Shown: piece after piece, positions 18,850 through 28,404 of the stretch
Numbering within the stretch: position 1 is the first letter of the stretch
Layout of the letters: every line of letters begins with the position of its first letter
Source of the DNA: Bacteroidota bacterium
Lineage (GTDB): Bacteria > Bacteroidota > Bacteroidia > B-17B0 > Aurantibacillaceae
NCBI GenBank assembly: GCA_013288015.1
Contig: JABDCR010000006.1
Span: 7,752-71,751, forward strand
DNA: 64,000 bases
Reading direction: 5' to 3'
Program-made: the position numbers and the translations under genes
Notes under the pieces: model-generated
Told to the model about the DNA's origin: nothing
Seen by the model: the letters and a program-made list of their open reading frames with translations, nothing else
The model's database searches: none

Positions 18850-19809
18850 TTATTTTTTGCGTGCAATAGCTTTTAAGGCAGCATCTACAATGTTGGTGGC
18901 CTCTAAACCATATTTTTGCATTAACTCTTCGGGTGTGCCGCTTTCGCCAAAACTATCGTTAACGGCTACAAATTCCTGCGGTGCAGGTGTGTTACGAGAT
19001 AGTAATTGTGCAATGCTATCGCCCAAACCGCCGTTCATTTGATGCTCTTCGGCACTTACAACACACTTTGTTTTAGCTACTGATTTTAAAATAGCTGCGT
19101 CATCTAATGGTTTTATAGTGTGTATGTTTATAAGCTCGGCACTAATGCCTTTTTGCTCTAATATTTCAATAGCTTCAATGGCTTTCCAAACCAGGTGACC
19201 TGTAGCAAAAATAGATACGTCTTTTCCTTCTTGTAAAACAATGGCTTTGCCAATTTCAAATTTTTGGTCGGCGAGTGTAAAATTAGGGACTACAGGTCTG
19301 CCAAAGCGCAGATATACAGGGCCTTTGTAGTCAGCAATAGCCATAGTAGCAGCTTTTGTTTGGTTAAAATCGCAAGGGTTTATAACTGCCATACCGGGTA
19401 ACATTTTCATTAAACCAATGTCTTCTAATATTTGATGTGTGGCACCATCTTCTCCAAGTGTAAGTCCTGCGTGTGATGCACAAATTTTTACATTTTTTCC
19501 ACTATAAGCAATTGATTGACGAATTTGGTCGTAAACCCTGCCGGTAGAAAAATTAGCAAAAGTACCCGTAAACGGAATTTTGCCTCCAATGGTTAAACCT
19601 GCTGCAATGCCCATCATGTTAGCCTCAGCTATACCAATTTGAAAAAAGCGTTCAGGAAAATCTTTCAAAAAAGCATCCATTTTTAACGAGCCTGTTAAGT
19701 CGGCACATAAAGCAACTACGTTAGGGTTTTTCTTTCCAAGTTCGTGTAAACCAACGCCAAAGCCTGAACGTGTATCCTTCTTTTCGGTGTATGTAAATTT
19801 TTTATTCAT
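18850..19809 (-). CDS. Transketolase C-terminal subunit
   Basis: GIAEANM, GEDGATHQ, GPVYLR, TIKPLD. Confidence 0.93.
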   Translation of the reverse strand: MNKKFTYTEKKDTRSGFGVGLHELGKKNPNVVALCADLTGSLKMDAFLKDFPERFFQIGIAEANMMGIAAGLTIGGKIPFTGTFANFSTGRVYDQIRQSIAYSGKNVKICASHAGLTLGEDGATHQILEDIGLMKMLPGMAVINPCDFNQTKAATMAIADYKGPVYLRFGRPVVPNFTLADQKFEIGKAIVLQEGKDVSIFATGHLVWKAIEAIEILEQKGISAELINIHTIKPLDDAAILKSVAKTKCVVSAEEHQMNGGLGDSIAQLLSRNTPAPQEFVAVNDSFGESGTPEELMQKYGLEATNIVDAALKAIARKK

Positions 19810-19810
19810 A

Positions 19811-21274
19811 TTAAAATAAGCTTATTGCTGTTGTTTTATTTGATTCTATGGTAAATTTTTTCTCTACTGTTTTTTCTGATTCTAATTGTGTTTTTAAACG
19901 AAACTCAACTCTGTAATTTCCGGGTTGAAGATAAAAAACTTCTGCTTGCTGACCCTCAATCAAATTACAAACCCATTCTATTTTTTTACCATTTTCTAAA
20001 TAAACACTCCCATAGCCCAAACCACCTTTATTAATGGATAGTGTACCGGCAGAAGGAATTTTTATAAGATTAGTTGAGCTTTGTTTTATATCAATATTAG
20101 GTAATTTGATGCGTGGCAGACTTAATATTTCTAAATCATACTTTCCGGTAATGTATTTTTCTGTAGCACCAAAATCTTGTACGTTTAAGGTGTTTTCTTG
20201 CCCACCTTTTCTTACAATACACGATAGTGATTTGTAAACAATAGGCCCTTCAGTTTGTAGGTTTAAATAGCCTTGCGGAGCATCTAATGGAATAATGTTG
20301 TGTTTGCCTTTTTGTAAAACAATGTTTTCTTTTACCTGTGGGGGAATGGTGTGCACTACCATTTTATAAGTTATATCAGGGTCTAAAACCAAAGTATCAG
20401 GGTTGCCACGATGATTAAGGGTGTGTAAATAATTATACTTAACCTCACCTGTTTTTTGGTTATAAAAAGTCATGGTAACATCAGTTTCACTAGGTTTTTT
20501 GTAGGTGTCTAATAAATTTACTTGCACCGTTGTTTGTGATATAGCCTCAATAAAAACCAGTTTCATAACCTGTTTAAAATTTGCCTCATTACTTACATCA
20601 TAAAACTTACCCATGCAACCAAATACATCGGCAAACTTTACATCAAGCCCAACCCCAATAATAAATGGGCGAAGAAAAACCCCCTTTTTTTGCAAGGCTA
20701 ATGATACCGCGCAAGGGTCGCCATCACATTCTTCAATGCCATCGGTAATTAAAATAACTATGTTGCGACAATTATCACAAGGTGGAAAATCATTGGCGCT
20801 TTCGCCTAAAGAATAAGCAATGGGCGTGGTACCCGTTGGTTGTAGCCTATTAATGCGATCCTTTATTTTTTTGCAATTTGTAAAAGCAGAATCAAAAGGC
20901 ACCTCTAATTTGCTGTCCTGGCAATTACGGTTAGGTCTAAATGGAGTTTGATGCCCATAACAACGCAATGCAAGTTGAAGCTTAGGGGTGTTTTTAAGCG
21001 AATCTAAAAACTCGCCCATTAATTTTTTAGATACGTCTATTTTTGTGCCATTGCCCCACTTACCAAACATGCTAAACGAATCATCAAAAATAAACAGTAT
21101 GCGGGTGGTTGAATTAGCATCGTATTTTTTGGGAGCAGCAAAATTTGTACCGCCTTGCTCATACGTTTGCGAATGCAAATTGGTAAAACACAAAAGTGTA
21201 AAACAAAGAAGCGTTATTTTTGGTAAAAATTTCAAAGCCACGCAAAAGTAAGCGCTGTTAAACGTTTTCCGCAA
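19811..21274 (-). CDS. Secreted VWA-domain protein
   Basis: MIDAS motif DDSFSM, PTGTTPIA, ILITDGIEEC; real start probably slightly downstream (a -7 box TACTTTTG lies at 21243-21250 on the minus strand). Confidence 0.85.
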   Translation of the reverse strand: MRKTFNSAYFCVALKFLPKITLLCFTLLCFTNLHSQTYEQGGTNFAAPKKYDANSTTRILFIFDDSFSMFGKWGNGTKIDVSKKLMGEFLDSLKNTPKLQLALRCYGHQTPFRPNRNCQDSKLEVPFDSAFTNCKKIKDRINRLQPTGTTPIAYSLGESANDFPPCDNCRNIVILITDGIEECDGDPCAVSLALQKKGVFLRPFIIGVGLDVKFADVFGCMGKFYDVSNEANFKQVMKLVFIEAISQTTVQVNLLDTYKKPSETDVTMTFYNQKTGEVKYNYLHTLNHRGNPDTLVLDPDITYKMVVHTIPPQVKENIVLQKGKHNIIPLDAPQGYLNLQTEGPIVYKSLSCIVRKGGQENTLNVQDFGATEKYITGKYDLEILSLPRIKLPNIDIKQSSTNLIKIPSAGTLSINKGGLGYGSVYLENGKKIEWVCNLIEGQQAEVFYLQPGNYRVEFRLKTQLESEKTVEKKFTIESNKTTAISLF

Positions 21275-21368
21275 AAGAATTATTAAAACATTTCAAAAGA
21301 GAATTCAGACCTCGTTTATTTGCTTATCTAAAAAAACTATATTTGTCTTTCAATTTTTAGAAATAATT

Positions 21369-23372
21369 ATGGCTAAACAAAAAACCAACTCAGATTTATT
21401 TATTCCAACCATAAAACCGTACACGCTTTTTCCCTTTAGTAAACCCATCGTTCCTTATATTATATTAGGCCTAATTGGCTTTATTTTTTACATAAACACC
21501 ATTAAAAACGAGTTTGCTCTAGATGATGGTATCGTTATTCATAAAAACGAGTACGTAATGGAGGGCATAGGGGGGATAGACAGTATTATGAAGCGTGACG
21601 CTTATCATAGTTTTTACAAGCAAATGAATGCCAAGGCTCAGCTAGCTGGTGGTCGTTATCGTCCTTTATCTATTGTAAGTTTTGCTATTGAACAAGAATT
21701 TATTGGAAAATATCCTGACGGACATTTGCCACCCGCCAATTGCTGGGATGAAAACCTGAACGGTAAACCCGACCCAGATGAGGATATAAACAAGGATGGT
21801 TTATATAATGATAATGATTGTTTAACCAAAGGCTGTATGCTGCGACACTTTAACAACGTGTTGTTTTATGTGCTCTGTGTTTTGCTGATATACGCCATGT
21901 TTAAAAACCATTTATTTAGCAAGTACCCTGATATGGCTTTTGTGGCTGCATTGCTCTTTTGTATACACCCAATACATACCGAGGTGGTGGCCAATATGAA
22001 GAGTAGGGATGAGATTTTTTCGATGATATTTATATGCCTCACCTTTATAAGTATATTTAAGTACGCTGAAACAAGACAAAACAAACACTTGGTTTGGAGT
22101 GCGGTAAATTATTTTTTAGCCCTATTATCAAAAGAGTATGCGGTAACTTTAGTTTTAGTTATACCTGCAACACTTTACTTGTTAACTGATAACTTTACTT
22201 TCAGTAAATTCTTCAAATTATTTGCTGCACTAGGGGCTGCTTTAGTAGTTTATTTTATGATAAGGTTCTCTATAGTAGTTGCTAAAACAGGTATACCGGA
22301 TACGGAGCTTTTAAATAATCCTTATTTATTAGCGCGTGGCGACCAAATGAAAGCCACAAAAGTTTTTGTATGGTTGAAATATTTTATACTTCTTTTCTTC
22401 CCTTATATATTAAGCTCAGATTACTCATACAACAGTATCCCATATCGTCATTTTTCAAATCCTGAAGTGTGGTTGTCGTTAGCTATTTACATAAGCCTGG
22501 CAGTTCTTACTTATAAATTATATCGTAAAAAACATCCGGTTGCTTGGGGTTTAGTTTTCTTTTTTGCCAACTTTTTAATGATATGTAACTTATTAATTGA
22601 TATTGGTGCTACCATGGGTGAGCGTTTGATATTTCATTCCTCATTAGGTTGGGCAGTTTGTGTGGCTTGGATTTTTACTGAGGAAGGTAGAAAGAAAATT
22701 ACATCTGAAAAAGTTCACAAAGCCGTTTTGTGGTCTGTACTTATTATTTTAACTGTACTGTGTGGTATCAGAACTATAACTCGTAATGAAGTTTGGAAAA
22801 ATGACATCACGCTTTTTACACATGATGTGGATGTTATGCCAAATAGTGTATTATGTTTAGGAAATGCAGGTGCACGTTGGATAGACCTATCGGAACGCCC
22901 TGAAAATAAAAAACATGAAAAAGAATATTTAGATAAAGCAAAAGGCTATTTAAATCATGCATTAGAGTTACACCCTAAATATGTAAACGGATACTTGAAT
23001 TTAGGCTTAGCTTATTTTAAATTACGTGATTATAACAAGGCTGAAGAAATTTGGGGAACAGCTTATCGCTTGTATCCAAGTAATCCTTATTTGGTAAGTT
23101 ACTATCGTGTACTTTCAAACGTGTATATACAACAGGCGTTTCAGGATGCTAAAGATAAAAAATTGCAAAACTCTTTGTATTGGTTTGAACGCGCATCGAA
23201 AATCTTCCCACAAGACCCTGAAATATGGTATAATTTAGGTGGGGCGGCATTTTCTTTAGGCGATTATGCTAAAGCAGCAAGTGCGTTTAGTCAGTGCTTA
23301 AAGTTAAATCCAAACCATGCACAGGCTAAAGCCGGATTGGCAAATTGTCCTCAAAAACCTGTGTTGCCTTAA
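21369..23372 (+). CDS. TMTC-like GT-C membrane glycosyltransferase with C-terminal TPRs
   Basis: FALDD, YRPL, HPIHTEVVAN, ALLSKEYA, LSSDYS, GERL, RNEVWKND, then TPRs; TATATTTG -7 box at 21338-21345. Confidence 0.8.
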   Translation: MAKQKTNSDLFIPTIKPYTLFPFSKPIVPYIILGLIGFIFYINTIKNEFALDDGIVIHKNEYVMEGIGGIDSIMKRDAYHSFYKQMNAKAQLAGGRYRPLSIVSFAIEQEFIGKYPDGHLPPANCWDENLNGKPDPDEDINKDGLYNDNDCLTKGCMLRHFNNVLFYVLCVLLIYAMFKNHLFSKYPDMAFVAALLFCIHPIHTEVVANMKSRDEIFSMIFICLTFISIFKYAETRQNKHLVWSAVNYFLALLSKEYAVTLVLVIPATLYLLTDNFTFSKFFKLFAALGAALVVYFMIRFSIVVAKTGIPDTELLNNPYLLARGDQMKATKVFVWLKYFILLFFPYILSSDYSYNSIPYRHFSNPEVWLSLAIYISLAVLTYKLYRKKHPVAWGLVFFFANFLMICNLLIDIGATMGERLIFHSSLGWAVCVAWIFTEEGRKKITSEKVHKAVLWSVLIILTVLCGIRTITRNEVWKNDITLFTHDVDVMPNSVLCLGNAGARWIDLSERPENKKHEKEYLDKAKGYLNHALELHPKYVNGYLNLGLAYFKLRDYNKAEEIWGTAYRLYPSNPYLVSYYRVLSNVYIQQAFQDAKDKKLQNSLYWFERASKIFPQDPEIWYNLGGAAFSLGDYAKAASAFSQCLKLNPNHAQAKAGLANCPQKPVLP

Positions 23373-23385
23373 TGAATAAAAGAGT

Positions 23386-23907
23386 TTAATTAAACTTTTT
23401 TAATTTCTTCAGAATAATTCTGCTTCTGCTTTCAAGTGCAGGAATGCCGCAATGTAAAAGGCTTTCTGCATTATGAATAATCTCTTTTTTTAGTTCAGGA
23501 TATTTTTTAGAAATATTGGCCAACACGCTTAACGCAAAAACACGTATAGCAATAGGCTCCTTTAAGTTGTGCAAAAAAGCATAGCTGATATCGTATAAAG
23601 TTCCGCAATGTTTTTCGGGTATATTAACATCTTCTAATACACGTAGCGTGTTTCGTTTTATGGCATCATGTATGTTTTGTTCACCTAATTTTTTAATCAT
23701 TTTGGCAAACCAGGGTTTAATTAAATCTTTATTAGCTTCAATACAATAAGATACAGGCCATGCGGCGCGCTGTGCAATTCTATATTCGGCAGTAAGCATT
23801 AGGGTGATTAATTCGGCAAATCTTTTTTTATCATCGCCTATATAAGCAACAATTTTTAGTGTTTGGGTTTTAGAATGTTCTTTTAAAAGGGCTTCTTTAA
23901 TATTCAT
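23386..23907 (-). CDS. Conserved hypothetical protein (HEAT/ARM-like)
   Basis: EHSKTQT...AQRAAW...RNTLRVL...IAIRVFAL helical pattern. Confidence 0.65.
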   Translation of the reverse strand: MNIKEALLKEHSKTQTLKIVAYIGDDKKRFAELITLMLTAEYRIAQRAAWPVSYCIEANKDLIKPWFAKMIKKLGEQNIHDAIKRNTLRVLEDVNIPEKHCGTLYDISYAFLHNLKEPIAIRVFALSVLANISKKYPELKKEIIHNAESLLHCGIPALESRSRIILKKLKKFN

Positions 23908-23916
23908 ATTAATAAT

Positions 23917-24612
23917 TTAAAGTGTGGCGTAAGCAATTGAGGCTACCGAAATGGTAGCATTTGTGTTTTCTTGTAATTTAAGAATGCAGGCCTCGGTAGT
24001 GGCGCCTGTTGTTATAACATCATCGACCAATAAAATGTTTTTATTATTTATAATCTCGGAATTTTGAAGTTGGAATGTTGTGGAAATATTTTCTGCACGC
24101 TCTTCTCGGGTTTTATGAGTTTGTGTTTCGGTAAACTTGCTTTTGATTAGAACGTTTGTTACTACAGGAATATTTAAAGCTTCGCTTAAGCCTTTGGCAA
24201 AATGTTCGCTTTGGTTGTAGCCTCTTTTTTGCAACCTTTTTTTATGAAGCGGTACTGGGATGATATAATCTATATTTGAAAAAACATCGCTCTTTTTTAA
24301 ATCTTGCCCATACCATTTCCCTAATAATTGAGCTACCTCGGGCTTGTTTTTATATTTTAAAGCATGCATCATTTTTTGTACACTTCCTTTTTTCTGAAAA
24401 AACAAAAAACTACTAGCGGCCTTAATATCGGCCCTGCCAAAAAATATTTTCTCAATGGGGTTTTCCTGCTGTAAATGATAGTTTGTTTTAGGCAGACTTA
24501 AATAACATTTATTGCAAATAAATTCTTCGTGTTTAAACAGGCTTTGCTGACATCCACTGCAAACGCGTGGATAAACAAGTGAGGCTACGTCCAACAAAAA
24601 ATCTTTTACCAT
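23917..24612 (-). CDS. comF: ComF family phosphoribosyltransferase-like protein
   Basis: CSGC/CNKC zinc ribbon, PVPLH...RGYNQS, LLVDDVITTGAT. Confidence 0.9.
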   Translation of the reverse strand: MVKDFLLDVASLVYPRVCSGCQQSLFKHEEFICNKCYLSLPKTNYHLQQENPIEKIFFGRADIKAASSFLFFQKKGSVQKMMHALKYKNKPEVAQLLGKWYGQDLKKSDVFSNIDYIIPVPLHKKRLQKRGYNQSEHFAKGLSEALNIPVVTNVLIKSKFTETQTHKTREERAENISTTFQLQNSEIINNKNILLVDDVITTGATTEACILKLQENTNATISVASIAYATL

Positions 24613-24665
24613 AAAATTTTAAGACTTCAAATTAGCCATTTAGCGTATATTTGCAAAAATTTTTT

Positions 24666-26207
24666 ATGAGCAACAATCGCGTTAGAGTCCGTTTTGCCCC
24701 TAGTCCTACGGGTGGTTTACATATGGGTGGTGTGCGCACCGCCTTGTTTAGTTATTTATTCGCCAAAAAACACGGCGGAGATTTTATTTTGCGCATTGAA
24801 GATACCGACCAAACACGTTATGTAAAAGGCGCTGAAGAATATATTATAGAATCGCTTAAATGGTGTGGCATAGAGCCTAACGAAGGCGTTGGTTTTGGTG
24901 ATGGTCCGCATGCACCTTACCGTCAAAGCGAGCGTAAAGAATTAGGGATTTATAAAAAGTACGCTGATAAATTAATTGAAAGCGGGCATGCTTATTATGC
25001 TTTTGATACTTCGGAAGAGTTAGATGAAATGCGCAAGCGTTTAGAAGCTGCTAAAGTGGTGGCTCCGCAATACAATGCGGTATCTCGTCAAAACATGCGC
25101 AACTCAACAACGCTTAGCGAAGATGAGGTTAAAAAAATATTAGCTGAAGGAACGCCTTATGTGGTGCGTTTAAAAGTACCACGTAATGAAGAGATACGTT
25201 TTAACGATATTATACGTGGGTGGGTAGTTGTAAACTCATCTCAGGTTGATGATAAAGTGCTTTTAAAAAGTGATGGTATGCCAACCTACCATTTGGCGCA
25301 TATTGTGGATGATATAGAAATGAAAATTTCTCACGCGGTGCGTGGTGAGGAGTGGTTGCCATCTGCCCCTGCACATATTTTAATTTATCGTTATTTAGGT
25401 TTAGAAGAACAAATGCCAAAACTGGCGCATCTTCCATTAATTTTAAAACCGGATGGGAACGGAAAACTAAGCAAGCGTGATAAATCGGGTATCCCAATGT
25501 TTCCTTTAAACTGGTATGATGAACGCACTAAAGAAAGCTACACAGGTTATCGCGAACATGGATTTTTCCCCGAAGCATTTATAAATATGCTGGCTATGCT
25601 GGGATGGAATGCAGGAAATAATCAGGAAATTTATTCGAAAGAAGAATTAATAAATCTGTTTTCTTTTGAGCGTGTAAATAAAGCGGGTGCTAAGTTCGAC
25701 CCGGAGAAAACTAAATGGTTTAACCAACAGTATTTGCGTAAAAAATCGGACGAAGAACTAGCTGATTTATTTATGCCAATGCTTAAAGAGCATAGCATTA
25801 CCGTAAGCAAACCATTTGTAATTGGTTTTTGCCGACTGATAAAAGAAAAAGCTCATTTTGTAAATGAATTTTGGAATTTAGGCTCTTTCTTTTTTATAGC
25901 ACCAACTGCGTATGATGCTGAGGTTTTGAAGAAGCGTTTAAATCCACAAACGCTTGAATATATTAAAGAAGTAAGAACTGCATTTAACGCTATACAAAAT
26001 TTTACAGCTGCTGAAACTGAACATGCTTTTAAAGCCGTTTCGGAAAAACTAAATATACCAACCGGACAAGTAATGCAATTATTTAGGGTTGCCATTACGG
26101 GTGTTGGTGGCGGGCCTGCACTTTTTGAAATGCTGGAATTATTTGGTAAAGAAGATTCTCTGCAACGTTTAGATACTGCTATTGCTAACTTTGAAAAACA
26201 AGGTTAA
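24666..26207 (+). CDS. gltX: Glutamate--tRNA ligase
   Basis: RFAPSPTG-HMGG, LRIEDTDQ, KLSKR; start set at ATG 24666, downstream of the TATATTTG box at 24646-24653. Confidence 0.95.
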   Translation: MSNNRVRVRFAPSPTGGLHMGGVRTALFSYLFAKKHGGDFILRIEDTDQTRYVKGAEEYIIESLKWCGIEPNEGVGFGDGPHAPYRQSERKELGIYKKYADKLIESGHAYYAFDTSEELDEMRKRLEAAKVVAPQYNAVSRQNMRNSTTLSEDEVKKILAEGTPYVVRLKVPRNEEIRFNDIIRGWVVVNSSQVDDKVLLKSDGMPTYHLAHIVDDIEMKISHAVRGEEWLPSAPAHILIYRYLGLEEQMPKLAHLPLILKPDGNGKLSKRDKSGIPMFPLNWYDERTKESYTGYREHGFFPEAFINMLAMLGWNAGNNQEIYSKEELINLFSFERVNKAGAKFDPEKTKWFNQQYLRKKSDEELADLFMPMLKEHSITVSKPFVIGFCRLIKEKAHFVNEFWNLGSFFFIAPTAYDAEVLKKRLNPQTLEYIKEVRTAFNAIQNFTAAETEHAFKAVSEKLNIPTGQVMQLFRVAITGVGGGPALFEMLELFGKEDSLQRLDTAIANFEKQG

Positions 26208-26250
26208 ACAAAAATTTATACTTTTATTTAAAATAAAGCGTTAAGCTATA

Positions 26251-27663
26251 ATGAAAGTATATTTTAAAATAACCTTTCTCTTTTTTATTCTAGCTTCGTT
26301 TGTTTCGTTTGCGCAAAATGTTACCATTAAGGGCATTGCACCTACACATAAGGGGAAACAAATTTCTGTTTATTTGTACGATGATTTAATTACACAATCG
26401 CAAACCTTACAATCTTCAGATACGGTTGATGCACGAGGTAATTTTGAACTGACCTTATCTATTAGGAGCACGCAAATAGCGCTTATAAAAACAAATAACC
26501 TAACAGGTACAATTTATGTTCAACCAAATTTTATATACGGAATTGTTTTCCCTGAAAAAGATAGTCTACGATTTAATGCCGGAGGAACGGAGCAAAATGT
26601 AAACCTTATTATTAATGGAGATAGCACAGAGCTTAATGCACGCATAATAGATTTTAATAATTGTTTTGATTTGTTTTGGGAGAAAAATTATAAGGCATTT
26701 GTAACGAAACAAATCCATCAAAAATTAGACTCTTTTCAATTGCAAATAAATAAACGATACGAAAAAGTAAAACTCGGTTATTTTAAAACCTATGTAGATT
26801 ACACTTTTGCATCTTTTAATGAAAATACGGGCAGACATCACAGCTACTTAGCTAAACGATATTTATTAGATAAGCCGATAAATTATGGTAATTACGAGTA
26901 CATGAGTTTTTTCAATCAATATTTCAAGCAGTATTTACAAAGACAGAGCGATACGAAAAACGGAAATTTTATTTTAGATGCCATTAACGAACAAGGTGAG
27001 TACAAACATTTAAATGAATTATTAAAAGGAGACCCTACCTTAAAAAATGATACGTTACGCGAACTTGTTGTTTTAAAATCGTTAGCTGATTTATATTTTG
27101 CACCCCATTTTAAAAAGCAAAAAATAAAAGAAATGTTAGAGCAACTGCAAGGCTCAACCACAATTTCCGAACATAAAAAAATTGTTTTTGATGTTTTACG
27201 CAACATAAATAATATGCGTACCGGGCAATTGGCTCCTGTTTTTGCGCTGCCAAATATAAAGCATGATACAGTTTCGTTGAGTAGTTTTAAAGCTCGTTAC
27301 ACCTATCTTAATTTTTTTGCTACCTGGTGTACCGATTGCCTACAGGAACTGAAAAAGCAAGAGCAGCTTTTTAGAAAATACGGAGATAAAGTAATGTTTG
27401 TTTCGGTTTGTACAGATGACGATACGGTAGCTTTTAAAAACTTTGTAAAGCAAAACCCTACTTACAAATGGACGTTTTTATATGGGGGCAAGAATAAAAA
27501 ACTAGCAGAACAGTACAATATAAAAAGCTTGCCTGTTTATTATTTTATTAGTCCGGATGGTTATTTATTGCAATCTCCGGCACTTAAACCCGATGAGGGA
27601 ATTGAATTTAAGTTCAACCAGATTTTTAAAATAAAAGATACCCCTAAACCTAAACCAAATTAG
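26251..27663 (+). CDS. Secreted TlpA/redoxin-domain protein
   Basis: Signal peptide; C-terminal thioredoxin fold LNFFATWCTDC...LPVYYFISPDG. Confidence 0.8.
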   Translation: MKVYFKITFLFFILASFVSFAQNVTIKGIAPTHKGKQISVYLYDDLITQSQTLQSSDTVDARGNFELTLSIRSTQIALIKTNNLTGTIYVQPNFIYGIVFPEKDSLRFNAGGTEQNVNLIINGDSTELNARIIDFNNCFDLFWEKNYKAFVTKQIHQKLDSFQLQINKRYEKVKLGYFKTYVDYTFASFNENTGRHHSYLAKRYLLDKPINYGNYEYMSFFNQYFKQYLQRQSDTKNGNFILDAINEQGEYKHLNELLKGDPTLKNDTLRELVVLKSLADLYFAPHFKKQKIKEMLEQLQGSTTISEHKKIVFDVLRNINNMRTGQLAPVFALPNIKHDTVSLSSFKARYTYLNFFATWCTDCLQELKKQEQLFRKYGDKVMFVSVCTDDDTVAFKNFVKQNPTYKWTFLYGGKNKKLAEQYNIKSLPVYYFISPDGYLLQSPALKPDEGIEFKFNQIFKIKDTPKPKPN

Positions 27664-27871
27664 GTTTTTGATGTGTTTCGATATAATCTTCTAACAGCGT
27701 TTTCAAAGTCTGAAGATAACTTTGCAAGTCTATCGTGCTTATTTCTTTTTCAGGATGCTTGCCAATACTAAGGGGTGTTTCATCTAAATATTTATACAGT
27801 TCAGGATATTTTGTTTCAATAACTGTAGTAAGCTCTATGATGTTTTGCATTAAAGCGTTTAAGTTTTTCAT
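27650..27871 (-). CDS. Small conserved hypothetical protein
   Basis: IETKYPELYKYLDETP motif; co-oriented with upstream genes. Confidence 0.6.
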   Translation of the reverse strand: MKNLNALMQNIIELTTVIETKYPELYKYLDETPLSIGKHPEKEISTIDLQSYLQTLKTLLEDYIETHQKPNLV

Positions 27872-27916
27872 GCTTGTTTTGTTAAGATGTTATGTAAAAT
27901 TACAAAACTATTTTTA

Positions 27917-28393
27917 CTAATACAGATTTTCTAAATCCTTGATATAATCTTGCTGTAAATCTTCGTGTAGCGAACTGATTAACGCATTTATTTTTTTTAT
28001 CTGTTGTTCGTACATGTTTACTATCAACTGACTTTTATGATATGGGATACCTGATTGCTTCAGCTTACTACAAAAGCAAATGAGTAAATCTGCGCTTGTA
28101 GCTTTATCATTTATATACTTACTGTATTTAGTAATAGAACGTAATAATTTGCGTAAGCCCTTTTTAACATAATATAAATTGGACTGACTTTGCAAAGTGG
28201 CTATATGCCCATCGATTTCTGCTTTTATTTCGTTTACAAACGCTGTTTTGTTGTGTGCTTCAAATAACAGATAACTTAAAAACTCTTTGTTATCTTTTTT
28301 ATATTTAGCGAGTGCTGCACATAATTCTATTAATTCTTTAGTAGGAATTTCCTGCAATTCTTTTTTTAACTCGCTTAAGCTAACAGCTTTCAT
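27917..28393 (-). CDS. Conserved hypothetical protein
   Basis: LAKYKKDNKEFLSYLLF...LHEDLQQDY pattern typical of Bacteroidota. Confidence 0.7.
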   Translation of the reverse strand: MKAVSLSELKKELQEIPTKELIELCAALAKYKKDNKEFLSYLLFEAHNKTAFVNEIKAEIDGHIATLQSQSNLYYVKKGLRKLLRSITKYSKYINDKATSADLLICFCSKLKQSGIPYHKSQLIVNMYEQQIKKINALISSLHEDLQQDYIKDLENLY

Positions 28394-28404
28394 TTAATGT
28401 AATT

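Noticed and set aside
18850-19809. Half-length transketolase as a pseudogene
   Set aside because: Split N- and C-terminal transketolase subunits are normal and this ORF is intact
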